DNA of 62,171 nucleotides from Candidatus Micrarchaeota archaeon (GTDB lineage: Archaea > Micrarchaeota > Micrarchaeia > Micrarchaeales > CABMGC01), in the NCBI GenBank assembly GCA_028867145.1, contig JAGWGX010000003.1:1-62171 (forward strand). Direction: 5' to 3'. A program made the position numbers and the translations under genes. Below the pieces are notes generated by a model. It searched no databases. It was given only the letters and a program-made list of their open reading frames with translations, and had not been told where the DNA came from. Below are positions 28,124 through 38,104 of this stretch, piece after piece; position 1 is the stretch's first letter, and each line of letters starts with the position of its first letter.

Positions 28124-28837
28124 ATGCGTGTTATCTTGCCACTAATAAGCGTCGTAATCCCCACACTAAACGAGGAGAAGTACATACTCAATGTTTTCCG
28201 CGGCCTAAAGGAGCAGTCGTTTAGGGATTTTGAGGTGATCGTTGCAGACAAAGAGAGCAAGGACAAGACGCGAGAGATCGCAAAGCGAAACGGTGCTAAG
28301 GTTGTAATCACAAACAAGGCGGGAATTAGCGCGGGAAGAAATGCGGGAGCGAAAATCGCAAAGGGAAAAATACTTGTCTTCATAGATGCGGACACACGCC
28401 CATCCAAAGACCTGCTCAAGGTCTACTCAAGGGCCTTCAACGATGGAATAATTGCGGCAACGGGCCCAATTTTTGCGCTTGAAAAAACAGACAAGCTCAC
28501 AAAGCTAGGATACGCGTTTGTCTCCGAAATTTTTGTGAAGGTGAGCATAATATTCGGGAAGGCGTCCATCATAGGATCCAATTTTGCGATAAAGAAATCA
28601 ATTTTTGAGAAAGTAAAAGGGTTTGACGAAAATTTGATGACCTACGAGGACTACGATCTCTCAAGGCGAATAAGCAGGTACGGCACAATAAAGTTCATTG
28701 AAGATGCATCAGTCTCCGCAAGCGTGAGGCGCGTTGCAGCATGGGGGATGGGGAAATATTTCACTTATCATGTCGGGAATATGATAAGATACAAATTCTT
28801 CAGAAAGGCAAAGGAGGATTACGCCCCAATAAGATAG
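28124..28837 (+). CDS. GT2 glycosyltransferase
   Basis: ISVVIPTLNEE, GRNAGA, FIDADT, GFDE, EDYDLS. Confidence 0.92.
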   Translation: MRVILPLISVVIPTLNEEKYILNVFRGLKEQSFRDFEVIVADKESKDKTREIAKRNGAKVVITNKAGISAGRNAGAKIAKGKILVFIDADTRPSKDLLKVYSRAFNDGIIAATGPIFALEKTDKLTKLGYAFVSEIFVKVSIIFGKASIIGSNFAIKKSIFEKVKGFDENLMTYEDYDLSRRISRYGTIKFIEDASVSASVRRVAAWGMGKYFTYHVGNMIRYKFFRKAKEDYAPIR

Positions 28838-28839
28838 CC

Positions 28840-29388
28840 CTACTTTGCGAGCACGATCGCCTTTCCGCACGAGCTGCAAAACTTAGAGCCTTGCAGGTTC
28901 TTTGCACCACACGACGGGCAGAAAATATACTCATCGGGTCTTTTTGGAATCCCCGTCTGGTTCATTGAGCTTGATGTCCCATTTGGCGCGGCGGCAGGTG
29001 CAGCAGGAGTAGGTGCAGCACCTGGAACACTTCCTATCTTCTTGTTTATGTACTCAATTAGCGGCTTTGCCTCGCTTGTTATGAACCCGTTTATCTCGTC
29101 CGTGGCGCTTATCTTGTATCCCCTCACCCGAATTATTATTGATGAGGAGATGAATCCGTTGATCAGCTTTGCGCTCACGATGTTTCCGTACTGGACTATC
29201 TCGTAGTCCTTCTTCATTCCCATCTTCGTCCTGTTTATCACAATTAGCCTGCTGTCCGTTGCCACAAGGGTAAGCGGCGTGACAAGGTCTCCTCCCGGCC
29301 CCCACCTTCTCTGGGTTGCCTGAGCCTCCACCTTCTCCGTGGGCCCTAGCACCTCCTTTATATCCCTAATCTCCCTCTCGCCTTCCAT
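28840..29388 (-). CDS. Bacterial-type PH-domain protein with a C-terminal zinc ribbon
   Basis: LVATDSRLIV, Pro/Ala linker, FCPSCG...KFCSSCG. Confidence 0.8.
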   Translation of the reverse strand: MEGEREIRDIKEVLGPTEKVEAQATQRRWGPGGDLVTPLTLVATDSRLIVINRTKMGMKKDYEIVQYGNIVSAKLINGFISSSIIIRVRGYKISATDEINGFITSEAKPLIEYINKKIGSVPGAAPTPAAPAAAPNGTSSSMNQTGIPKRPDEYIFCPSCGAKNLQGSKFCSSCGKAIVLAK

Positions 29389-29629
29389 CTTCTACTCCCG
29401 TTAAGCATATCTACGTCAATGTTTATAAAATGCTCTCGAGCCTTCAGCATTTGCCGTTTAATTACCAAAACTATGATAAATAAAGAGTTTGAAGGCTTCG
29501 CCCTTTGCCCAAAATAATCCTTAAAAATGTTTTGTTGCCATACTATAACTACAAAGCTAGAGCATAGACGAGTCCCAAACGTTATTATACTTCAAATGGG
29601 AAAGAATTTTGCTAATATTAGGTGCTATC

Positions 29630-29803
29630 ATAGACTACAACAAATTTGAGACTGCTAGAATCATCGGCGCAAGGGCGCTTCAGCTTGCATACGGGGCACC
29701 GCCACTCGTGGAGGTCCCTGCAGGGATGTCAAATCCGCTCGACCTCGCAAAGCTCGAGTTCTCAGAGGATGTGATACCGATCGTGGTAATCAGGGTCAAG
29801 TGA
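29630..29803 (+). CDS. rpoK: RNA polymerase subunit Rpo6 (RpoK)
   Basis: KFETARIIGARALQLAYGAPP. Start placed at ATA 29630 after the AGGTG SD; TTG 29609 is the alternative. Confidence 0.93.
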   Translation: MDYNKFETARIIGARALQLAYGAPPLVEVPAGMSNPLDLAKLEFSEDVIPIVVIRVK

Positions 29804-29808
29804 ATTCA

Positions 29809-31254
29809 ATGGAGAGCTCTTATGATGTTATAGTTGCAGGAGCAGGGCTTGCAGGCACGCTTGCGGCAGCAGCAGCCGCAAAGGCTGGCGCATCCGTCCT
29901 TCTTCTTGACAGGAACACCCCAGAGGAGCCTGGAAAGAAGACCAACTGGGGATGGGTTTGCGGTGACGCTGTGGCAAAGTCCCACACCGATTTCATAAAG
30001 GACGAGCTTGGCTACTCATTTGGGGAGCCTGAGCTAGAGCTCAAGGTTGATGGCGTATATGCAATCAGCCCTGACTTCAAGAACAAGATCGCATTTGATG
30101 GAGAGGGATACGTTCTAGACAGGCCAAAATTCGCGCAAAAATTGCGTGACATCGCGGTAAAGAACGGCGCCCACTATTTCACAGGCCACGAGGTCGAGGG
30201 CCCGATACTTGAGGGCAACAAGATCATGGGTGTCTTTGGAAAGGACGACAAGAAGGAGCACTACAAGGTGAACGGAAAGATCGTGGTCGACGCGCTTGGA
30301 ATCGCAAGCATGCTAAGGAGAAGGCTGCCTACAGTCGCTCACGAGTATGTGCAAAAGGACATCAGCATTGATGACATTGAATCAACTGGAAGGTACATAG
30401 TAGACTTTGAGCCGACAAGGGAGGACCTAAACTTTTACGATCCAAAGAACTGCCTCATCCACCTAAACCAGCAGCTAGCTCCAGGAGGATACGGATGGGT
30501 CTTCCCGAAGAGGGGCGCAAAGACGAACATTGGACTTGGGGTCGAGAAGCACAGCATCGATATTCGAAACGCGAAGATGGGAAAGAAGGACACGCTTCAC
30601 ACATTAATTGATCAGTACATAGAGTGGAACCCAATCGTCAAGAACACAAAGCTAAACGACGAGCACAAGAACGGGAAGGGCTACTGGTCCGTGACAGTTA
30701 GAAGGCAGCTTGATTGCCTTGTTTATGATAATTACATCGGCGCTGGAGACAGCATGGCAATGCCAAACCCGATCAGCGCAGGCGGAATAGGCCCGGCGCT
30801 AGTATCTGGAATTCTCGCAGGACAGATGGCCGCAGAGGCGGTGCAGGAAAGCAAGCTTGACATGGACAACCTCTGGAAGTACAACCTAAGGTACAACGAG
30901 TCTTATGGAAACAAGACCGCAGGACTTGAGGTGTTTAGGATCTACCTACAGTCAATGAACAATGAGATGATAAACTACGGAATGGCGCACTTCCTGACAA
31001 AGGAGGAAGCAATACAAATCAGCTACGGGCTTGTCCCAGAGCTTAGCATGTCAAGCGCGCTAACAAAGATAATCCACGGAGTCGCAAACATAACCGCGTT
31101 CAACAATTTGCGATTTGTGATCGCGAAGATGAAGAAGCTCAACGAGCTCTACGCAAACTATCCAAAGGACAGGACCCACTTCAGGGCATGGCAGACTGCG
31201 GTGAACGCTGAGATTGCGGACGCAAAGGAGAGATTCAAGCCAAACCCAATCTAA
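29809..31254 (+). CDS. Geranylgeranyl reductase family FAD oxidoreductase (probable DGGGPL reductase)
   Basis: VAGAGLAG, CGDAV, PGGYGWVFP, GDS...NPISAGGI. Confidence 0.85.
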   Translation: MESSYDVIVAGAGLAGTLAAAAAAKAGASVLLLDRNTPEEPGKKTNWGWVCGDAVAKSHTDFIKDELGYSFGEPELELKVDGVYAISPDFKNKIAFDGEGYVLDRPKFAQKLRDIAVKNGAHYFTGHEVEGPILEGNKIMGVFGKDDKKEHYKVNGKIVVDALGIASMLRRRLPTVAHEYVQKDISIDDIESTGRYIVDFEPTREDLNFYDPKNCLIHLNQQLAPGGYGWVFPKRGAKTNIGLGVEKHSIDIRNAKMGKKDTLHTLIDQYIEWNPIVKNTKLNDEHKNGKGYWSVTVRRQLDCLVYDNYIGAGDSMAMPNPISAGGIGPALVSGILAGQMAAEAVQESKLDMDNLWKYNLRYNESYGNKTAGLEVFRIYLQSMNNEMINYGMAHFLTKEEAIQISYGLVPELSMSSALTKIIHGVANITAFNNLRFVIAKMKKLNELYANYPKDRTHFRAWQTAVNAEIADAKERFKPNPI

Positions 31255-31390
31255 TTTCTTTGAGATTTGGAATTTTAATTTCAACTAGCTTTGCCGCGGC
31301 CTCTCCCAAATATTAAAAAGACGACGAGATGCACTCGGCAAAAACGTTTAAAAGGCTATCCTAGCAAATACTATTGCGACCGGTGTACTG

Positions 31391-34300
31391 ATGCTTTACC
31401 TCAAAAGTCTGAGCCTAAGTAAGTTCAAGTCTTTTAAAAGTGCAGACCTGCTTTTCAGCAAGGGCTTCACCTGCATCGTCGGGCCAAACGGGTCCGGAAA
31501 GAGCAACATCTGCGACGCACTTCTTTTTTCGCTTGGCGAGAGCTCTCTTAGGAGAATGCGAGTCGACAAGCTGGAGCTTCTAATCAACGGAACCCAAAAG
31601 TCAAAGCCTGGCGCTCTTGCGACAACGCACGTCAAGGCGGACTTTGGGGGCGATGAGAACCTTGAGGTCGTGAGGATTGCAAGGGCGGATGGGAACAGCA
31701 TCTTCAAGGTGAACGGAAAGAGGACGACAAGGCACGAGCTTCTTGAGATACTAAAGTCGCACAAGGTTAGCATTGACGAGACGAACACCATCACACAGGG
31801 AGAGATAATGAGGATGATGGACCTCAACCCGAAGGAGAGAAGGGAGCTAATTGATATCGCGTCCGGAATCACGGAGTTTGAGAACAAGAAGAAGGAGTCG
31901 CTCAGGGAACTAGAAAAGGTGAACGCAAAGAGCGCAGAGGTCCATGCAATACTAAACGAGAGGCTTGGATACCTCCGCGAGCTGGAGAAAGAGAAGGAGT
32001 CGGCGGAGAACTACAGCGAGCTGACAGGTAGGCTTAAGCTGCTAAAATACAACATCCTTGTCGCGAGGGAGCAGGAGATCCGTTCTAATTATGACAAGTA
32101 CTCGAAGGAGTCCGCGGCTCTTGAGTCAAAGAAGGAGAAGTTCGTCTCGGGACTAGGCGAGCTCACAAACACGATAAACAAATTGACAGCCGACAGGCAG
32201 CAGCTCACAAAGACGCTAAGCGAGAGCACCGTCGCAACAACCGAGGAGAGCAAGAAGCTTGAGAACATAAACAAGGAGCTCACTCTGATCGAGGCAAACC
32301 TGCAAAACAACGAGAAGTCGCTGCAGGAAAAGCTTGCGGAGACAAAGGAGCTCAAGGATGAAATTGAGCAGATAAGACAGGTTGTCGAGAGCAACAGGGA
32401 AGCTTTGGTTGAGTACAAGAAAAAGATTTCGCAACTCGAGCCATTCTTTGCTGATCTAAAGGAGAGCAAGGCAACAGAATCCCCTGACAACAAACTTGCA
32501 ACAATCAACTCGCAGATAGGCAGGCTTGAGGGAGAGTTCACAGCAATACAGGAGATAATTTCGGCGCTTCATGCGGACCTCTCTGCGACAAAGAACTCAA
32601 GCGTAGAGCTACAGTCAAAGAGGGACTCAATCGAGGCACAAATCAGGGAGAAGACAGGAATCACAAAGGAGATATCAGAGAGGATGAAGGAGATCACGGG
32701 CAGAGCAAAGAAGCTTGAGGAAGAGATAAAGAAGGGAGACGCAAGGGCCCAGGAGATTTACTCCGAGATTGGGGAAATTGATTCAAAGATACTTGCGCTA
32801 AAGGAGCAGCGCGCCATGACTGGCTCCAGGGAGAGCGCAATAAACGAGAGGCTCGCCGCAAACTTTGACGAGAAGGCGGGATTCTACGGAAGGGTCTCGC
32901 AGCTTTGCACATATGGGACAGAGTACGCGCTCGCGGTTGAGGCAAGCGCTGGCGGAAGATTTGACTACTTCGTGGTCGAGTCGATCGAGGCTGCATCAAA
33001 GGTGATTGCTTACCTAAAGAAGAACGATCTTGGAAGGGCAACATTCATACCTATAAAGGACCTTGCCTTTGACCGAGAGACAAAGAAGGAGAAGAACCTC
33101 TCCGCAGTAATTGACATGCTCAAGTTTGATTCAAAGTTCAACAAGGTCTTTGAGTATGTTTTCAGCAACACCTACATAATCGGGAAGGTTGAGGACTCAA
33201 AGGCGGCTGGAGTTGGAAAGCACAGATACGTCACGCTAACAGGTGAGCTTGTGGAGCAGTCCGGAGTCCTCTCAGGAGGATCCGCAAGGAAGAGGGTCTC
33301 CCTTGCCTCAATTGAGAATTCATTAAAGGAACTTGCACAAAACAAGGAGAAGCTCTCGATTGAGAGCAGGCAGGTCACAGATTCAACGATGAAATCAAGG
33401 AAGACAAAGGCACTAGACGAGCTAGAGCTTGCAAAGCTAGGCTCGCAGTCCTCCAGCTTCTTTGACCAGGTTGGTGAGGAGGAGGCTGAGCTTTCAAAGC
33501 TTGAGACGACAGCAAAGTCGTATGCCTCAAAGCTAAAAGAGCTTGAGATACAGATTGGCTCAAACCACTCAAAGAAGGAGAAAATAGTTGCGGAGCTAGA
33601 GTCCTCAAGGAAGGAGGCAACGGAGCTCTACATTAAGATGGAGCAGGCGGCGAAGGCCTCCGCAAAGCACGGAATGAGCAAGGAGGAGAAGGAGAAGCTA
33701 AACAAGATGCGCCTCGAGCTCCAGGAGCTCCAGTCACAGAGCACTGCGCTGCAAACCCAGAGCAAGATGTCAGAGGATAGGAAGAGGGCAATAGAGCTCT
33801 CGCTTGAGAAGATCACAAAGGCAATCGAGGACCTAAAGGGCGACAGCAAGGACAAGCACGCAACAAGGATTGCGCTTGAAAATAGCAGGCACTCACTTGA
33901 GGAGAAGATAAAGAGCGGAAGCGCTATCGGAAAGGAGACCTACGAGAAGGTCGAGGCAATCGAGGCAAAGCTTGCAAAGCTAAACCTGGAGAAGGGAAAG
34001 ATTGGATATGATCGCGACGATATAGAGAGGCAGCAAAACGAGTTCAAGGTTAAGATCGGGCAGATGGAGATTCGCCTCTCGGACGTCGTTGCTGAGCTTG
34101 CCACCTACGGACAGGCAAACCTTGAGCACCTAAGGCTGGGTGTCGAGGAGATGGAGCGCGAGGCAAGCGTCACATCCGTTAAGATCGAGCAGCTTGGAAA
34201 CGTTAACCTGAAGGCGCCGGAGCTCTACGAGACAAAGAAGAAGGACGCAGAGGAGGCAAGCGGCAGGCTTGAGACCCTAGTTGTCGAGAAGGAGGCGGTG

Positions 34301-34813
34301 CTCAAGATGATAGAAGAGATAGACTCAAAGAAGTTCAAGATCTTCATGGAGACATTCGATGTTGTGAACGTCAACTTCACAAAGCTCTACAACTACATCT
34401 TCCCAGGAAAGGCATCAATAGAGCTCGAGGACCCGAAGAATCCGTTCGAGTCAGGGCTTCACATAAAGATGATTGATGGAAAAACCACAAAGAGGGAGAA
34501 CTCGCTCTCAGGAGGAGAAAAATCCCTAGTGATGCTGATGCTCCTCTTCTCAATACACATGCACAAGCCATCCTCACTCTACATCTTTGACGAGGTGGAC
34601 TCCGCGCTTGACAAGGAGAACTCAAAGAAGCTCTCGCACCTAATCAAGGAGATGAGCAAGAGCTCACAGTTCGTGGTGGTGAGCCACAACGACTCGCTAA
34701 TTGTGAATGCGGACACAGCAATTGGTGTCGCAAAGACGGATGGAGAGTCAAGGGCGGTGGGATTGCAGGTAGCAAACGTCGCAGCAAAGCCGATCTCGGC
34801 GCCGGGTGCATAA
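31391..34813 (+). CDS. smc: Chromosome segregation protein SMC
   Basis: FKSF, GPNGSGKSN, hinge GRATFIP, LSGGEKS, FDEVDSALD, long coiled coils. Confidence 0.97.
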   Translation: MLYLKSLSLSKFKSFKSADLLFSKGFTCIVGPNGSGKSNICDALLFSLGESSLRRMRVDKLELLINGTQKSKPGALATTHVKADFGGDENLEVVRIARADGNSIFKVNGKRTTRHELLEILKSHKVSIDETNTITQGEIMRMMDLNPKERRELIDIASGITEFENKKKESLRELEKVNAKSAEVHAILNERLGYLRELEKEKESAENYSELTGRLKLLKYNILVAREQEIRSNYDKYSKESAALESKKEKFVSGLGELTNTINKLTADRQQLTKTLSESTVATTEESKKLENINKELTLIEANLQNNEKSLQEKLAETKELKDEIEQIRQVVESNREALVEYKKKISQLEPFFADLKESKATESPDNKLATINSQIGRLEGEFTAIQEIISALHADLSATKNSSVELQSKRDSIEAQIREKTGITKEISERMKEITGRAKKLEEEIKKGDARAQEIYSEIGEIDSKILALKEQRAMTGSRESAINERLAANFDEKAGFYGRVSQLCTYGTEYALAVEASAGGRFDYFVVESIEAASKVIAYLKKNDLGRATFIPIKDLAFDRETKKEKNLSAVIDMLKFDSKFNKVFEYVFSNTYIIGKVEDSKAAGVGKHRYVTLTGELVEQSGVLSGGSARKRVSLASIENSLKELAQNKEKLSIESRQVTDSTMKSRKTKALDELELAKLGSQSSSFFDQVGEEEAELSKLETTAKSYASKLKELEIQIGSNHSKKEKIVAELESSRKEATELYIKMEQAAKASAKHGMSKEEKEKLNKMRLELQELQSQSTALQTQSKMSEDRKRAIELSLEKITKAIEDLKGDSKDKHATRIALENSRHSLEEKIKSGSAIGKETYEKVEAIEAKLAKLNLEKGKIGYDRDDIERQQNEFKVKIGQMEIRLSDVVAELATYGQANLEHLRLGVEEMEREASVTSVKIEQLGNVNLKAPELYETKKKDAEEASGRLETLVVEKEAVLKMIEEIDSKKFKIFMETFDVVNVNFTKLYNYIFPGKASIELEDPKNPFESGLHIKMIDGKTTKRENSLSGGEKSLVMLMLLFSIHMHKPSSLYIFDEVDSALDKENSKKLSHLIKEMSKSSQFVVVSHNDSLIVNADTAIGVAKTDGESRAVGLQVANVAAKPISAPGA

Positions 34814-35867
34814 GGTGCCCAGAAAGACGTACCATGACGCCAAGGCCCAAAAGTCAAAGCCTGCAAGGCCAACGAGAATTTGGCCTCTTTACCTGCTGCT
34901 GATACTTCTAATCATTGGCTACTCCCTCCAAAACAACATACTTCTAGGAGCCGGAGCATTCGTTGTCGTCGTCATAATAATAGTCGTGATTGCAAGGGAC
35001 GTAAAGCAGGAGGTGGCGGTAAAGGGAGGCGGCGAGGGGATAAAGGACATTGTGCTTGCAGTAGTTGCAGCGCTTGTCATTTGGGGAATCTTAATACTTG
35101 TGCTTCAGACAAACTCGCCGATAAATGCGGTCGCAAGCTGCAGCATGCTGCCAAATCTGCAAAAGGGCGATGTGATAATCCTTCATGGAATCTCGAACTT
35201 CTCCCAATTCGTAAAGTCAAGGAATGTTCCAACAGTATCTCTCTCGACCCAGGATTTCCAGAGCCTTGAAAGCAATATCAACAGCGAGTTTGTCGCATAC
35301 TACGCCTACTTCAACGGAAATCTATCTAGGATAAGCAGCGTGATGCCGCCCGGAAACAACTATACCTACTCAATCGGGCTATACAACACCCAGTGCATCA
35401 CAAAGTACCAGTACCTAAACCAGTCTCAGAACCTTCGACTTTGCTACGTTGGGCAAAATCCTTCAAGCAACCTGATAAAATACAACTACACAATCGGGCA
35501 GCTTTCGGTAGCCGGGCTAAACTACAGGATAATCCAGACCTCCCAAATCACGATAAAGAACACCACCCTTCTTGAGAATTTCAGCAACCCGATAATAGTC
35601 TACTCAACGATTCCGCAGGATGTTTTCACTGGCGCAATAATACACAGGCTCGTCGCAGTGCTGCTGGTGAACAACACCTACTACACCCTCACAAGGGGAG
35701 ACAACAACCCTGCGCTTGACCTTCAGTTTGGCAACTATCCTGCGGCCCAAACCACGGTTATCGGGTCGGTCCTTGCAAACTTCCCACTCATTGGCTACTT
35801 CAAGCTGATAATAAGCGGGCAGATCGGCGCAACTCCAGGCTGCGACCAGGTCATAACCAAACACTAG
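34806..35867 (+). CDS. Signal peptidase I (S26, Sec11-type) with a large insertion
   Basis: SCSMLPNLQKGD, IIHRLV, TRGDNN; N-terminal TM helices. Confidence 0.85.
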   Translation: MHKVPRKTYHDAKAQKSKPARPTRIWPLYLLLILLIIGYSLQNNILLGAGAFVVVVIIIVVIARDVKQEVAVKGGGEGIKDIVLAVVAALVIWGILILVLQTNSPINAVASCSMLPNLQKGDVIILHGISNFSQFVKSRNVPTVSLSTQDFQSLESNINSEFVAYYAYFNGNLSRISSVMPPGNNYTYSIGLYNTQCITKYQYLNQSQNLRLCYVGQNPSSNLIKYNYTIGQLSVAGLNYRIIQTSQITIKNTTLLENFSNPIIVYSTIPQDVFTGAIIHRLVAVLLVNNTYYTLTRGDNNPALDLQFGNYPAAQTTVIGSVLANFPLIGYFKLIISGQIGATPGCDQVITKH

Positions 35868-35917
35868 ACCAAGAAACCGCTGTGAAACTTTAATAATTCT
35901 TGCGCAGGAACTTTACT

Positions 35918-36517
35918 ATGGCCTACACCTGTCCAATGCATCCTGAAGTTATCTCAGACAAGCCCGGAAGATGCCCAAAATGCGGAATGAACTTAGTCCC
36001 TACAGACCAGGCGGCGCAGTCAAGCACTGAGCCTGAAGCAAAGAATTACGATCGATTTGTGATAATAATTTCGCTTATCCTTCTTGCAACAATTGCGGTT
36101 GCAATAAAGGACTTCTATCAGGGAACATTCTTGGTAAAAAACTTCATGACAAATTTCATGGCTGGCTTCTTCTTGGTCTTCGCGGGATTCAAGTTAATGG
36201 ACATAAAGGGCTTTGCAGAAGGATACGCCATGTATGACTTGCTCGCAAGAAGGGTTTTTCAATATGGGTACATTTATCCCTTCATCGAGCTTGCATTCGG
36301 GCTTGCATTTCTCACCTCGTTTCGGATAGCAAATGTGACTTTGGTAGAAATTGTCGTCATGGGATTTAGCGGTCTTGGCGTCATCAGGAGCATGCTCAAA
36401 AAACAGAAGATTCAGTGCGCCTGCCTTGGAACCATCATAAAAATCCCCCTCGGCACCGTTACCCTTCTGGAAGATTTCGGGATGGTTTTAATGGGAATCG
36501 GATTGCTGCTAATATGA
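35918..36517 (+). CDS. Heavy-metal-binding domain fused to a MauE/DoxX-like membrane domain
   Basis: YTCPMHPE...CPKCGMNL; FMAGFFLVF, YDLLA, YPFIEL, CACLG, ED. Confidence 0.88.
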   Translation: MAYTCPMHPEVISDKPGRCPKCGMNLVPTDQAAQSSTEPEAKNYDRFVIIISLILLATIAVAIKDFYQGTFLVKNFMTNFMAGFFLVFAGFKLMDIKGFAEGYAMYDLLARRVFQYGYIYPFIELAFGLAFLTSFRIANVTLVEIVVMGFSGLGVIRSMLKKQKIQCACLGTIIKIPLGTVTLLEDFGMVLMGIGLLLI

Positions 36518-36638
36518 TCGATAAAGCCCCATAAAATCTGTAAGCTTTAAATACTTTTATAACAACAATATGTGTACTGAAAAGGTTACTTAAAGTGCTT
36601 TTGCAGTCGGGTGCGTTGCATCTTTTTATGTGATATTT

Positions 36639-36941
36639 ATGGGTGACTTAGTTAAAGACATAAGACTTGCCGTCGACACTGGCAAAGTGGCAATAGGCAC
36701 TAACGAGGTCATGAAGGCAATTAGCGGCGACAAGGCAAAGGTCGTGATCGTCGCTGTCAAGGGAAAGAAGGACACAATCGCTGATATTTCACACACATGC
36801 ACAGTCGCAAGCGTGAAGCTTGTCAAGTTCAAGGACAGCTCACTTCAGCTCGGAACTGTGTGCGGAAAGCCTTATACGATCAATGCAGTAGCGATACTTG
36901 AGCCAGGAAACTCAAACATACTAAACGAAGAATATGCTTAA
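36639..36941 (+). CDS. rpl30e: 50S ribosomal protein L30e
   Basis: AVDTGKVAIG, LGTVCGKPY, PGNSNIL. Confidence 0.95.
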   Translation: MGDLVKDIRLAVDTGKVAIGTNEVMKAISGDKAKVVIVAVKGKKDTIADISHTCTVASVKLVKFKDSSLQLGTVCGKPYTINAVAILEPGNSNILNEEYA

Positions 36942-36951
36942 TGGTGTTATT

Positions 36952-37380
36952 TTGCCTCGAGGAGAATTTGCAGCCAAGGAAATGATGAGAAAGAGAAAGC
37001 ACCAGCGAATGCTCAAGAAGTGGTGGAAGAGAAAGTACTTCAAGAACAAGGCAAAGTACGATGCTGTCGGAACGGTTCCGAGGGCAAAGGCAATAGTTCT
37101 CCAGAAGTTCGCAGTGGGTCAGAAGCAGCCTCACTCCGGACAGCTAAAGTGCGTTCGAGTGCAGCTTATTAAAAATGCTAAAGTCGTCGGCGCGTTCGTG
37201 CCTGGCGATGGAACAATAAACTTCATTGATGAGCACGACGAAGTAACAATCCAGGGTCTCGGAGGATCCCAGAGGGGTCAGATGGGATGCATACCTGGAA
37301 TGAAGTACAGGGTTGTTGCGATCAACGGAGTTGACGTCTACCAAATAATTAGAGGAAAGAAGGAGAAGCCAAAGAGATGA
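36952..37380 (+). CDS. rps12: 30S ribosomal protein S12 (uS12)
   Basis: GEFAA, KQPHSG, KCVRVQLIKN, AFVPGDG, IDEHDEV, GKKEKP; TTG after the GGTG SD. Confidence 0.96.
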   Translation: MPRGEFAAKEMMRKRKHQRMLKKWWKRKYFKNKAKYDAVGTVPRAKAIVLQKFAVGQKQPHSGQLKCVRVQLIKNAKVVGAFVPGDGTINFIDEHDEVTIQGLGGSQRGQMGCIPGMKYRVVAINGVDVYQIIRGKKEKPKR

Positions 37381-37384
37381 TCTT

Positions 37385-38092
37385 ATGCCTGAGGATAATA
37401 CTAAGATTGATGCAAAAAAGCCGGCAAAGCCTGCCGCAATGGTTGAGGCTGCGGAGAAGCCAAAGGCATCAAAGAAGTCAAAGTCATTCGACACAAATAT
37501 CGATGAGCAGCTTCTCTTTGGAAAGTATCCTTACACTGACATTGTGGTAAACGACCTCAGCCTCGCAAATTACATTAATCTCACACCAAAGAGCTACCCT
37601 AACATCTATGGGAGGTCAAACAAGGGAATGGCAAACATCGTGGAGAGGCTCATGAACAAGCTCATGAGGGGAGGAACCGGACACAAGGTTGGCGGACATG
37701 TCATTCGAACTGAGGGCCAGCTTCAGGGAAAGAAGCTCAAGGTGATGCACATCGTCGAGGACGCTTTTGACATTGTCGCAAAGAACACAAAGAAGAATCC
37801 GCTTCAGGTATTCATCAACGCACTTGAGAGGGCAGCCCCGATTGAGGACACGACAAGGGTCAGATACGGAGGAATCTCATACAACGTCGCTGTGGACATC
37901 AGCTCTGTTAGGAGGGTTAATGTATCAGTAAACAATCTCGCATTTTCCGCAGTTATCGGCGCATTCAAGAATCGAAAGACTCTTGCTGACGCTCTTGCAA
38001 ACGAGCTAATTTTGGCCTCAAACAACGATCCGAACAGCTACGCGATAAAGAAGAGGGTAGAGTCGGAGAGAATGGCAAGAAGCGCAAGGTAG
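37385..38092 (+). CDS. rps7: 30S ribosomal protein S7 (uS7)
   Basis: IVERLMNKLM, NPLQV, AAPIEDTTR, AVDIS, ERMARSAR. Confidence 0.96.
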   Translation: MPEDNTKIDAKKPAKPAAMVEAAEKPKASKKSKSFDTNIDEQLLFGKYPYTDIVVNDLSLANYINLTPKSYPNIYGRSNKGMANIVERLMNKLMRGGTGHKVGGHVIRTEGQLQGKKLKVMHIVEDAFDIVAKNTKKNPLQVFINALERAAPIEDTTRVRYGGISYNVAVDISSVRRVNVSVNNLAFSAVIGAFKNRKTLADALANELILASNNDPNSYAIKKRVESERMARSAR

Positions 38093-38104
38093 TGGTTGGT
38101 TTTT

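Noticed and set aside
31391-34813. SMC as part of a Wadjet/Lamassu-type defence system
   Set aside because: Canonical hinge-containing SMC in a housekeeping context with no jet or effector genes.
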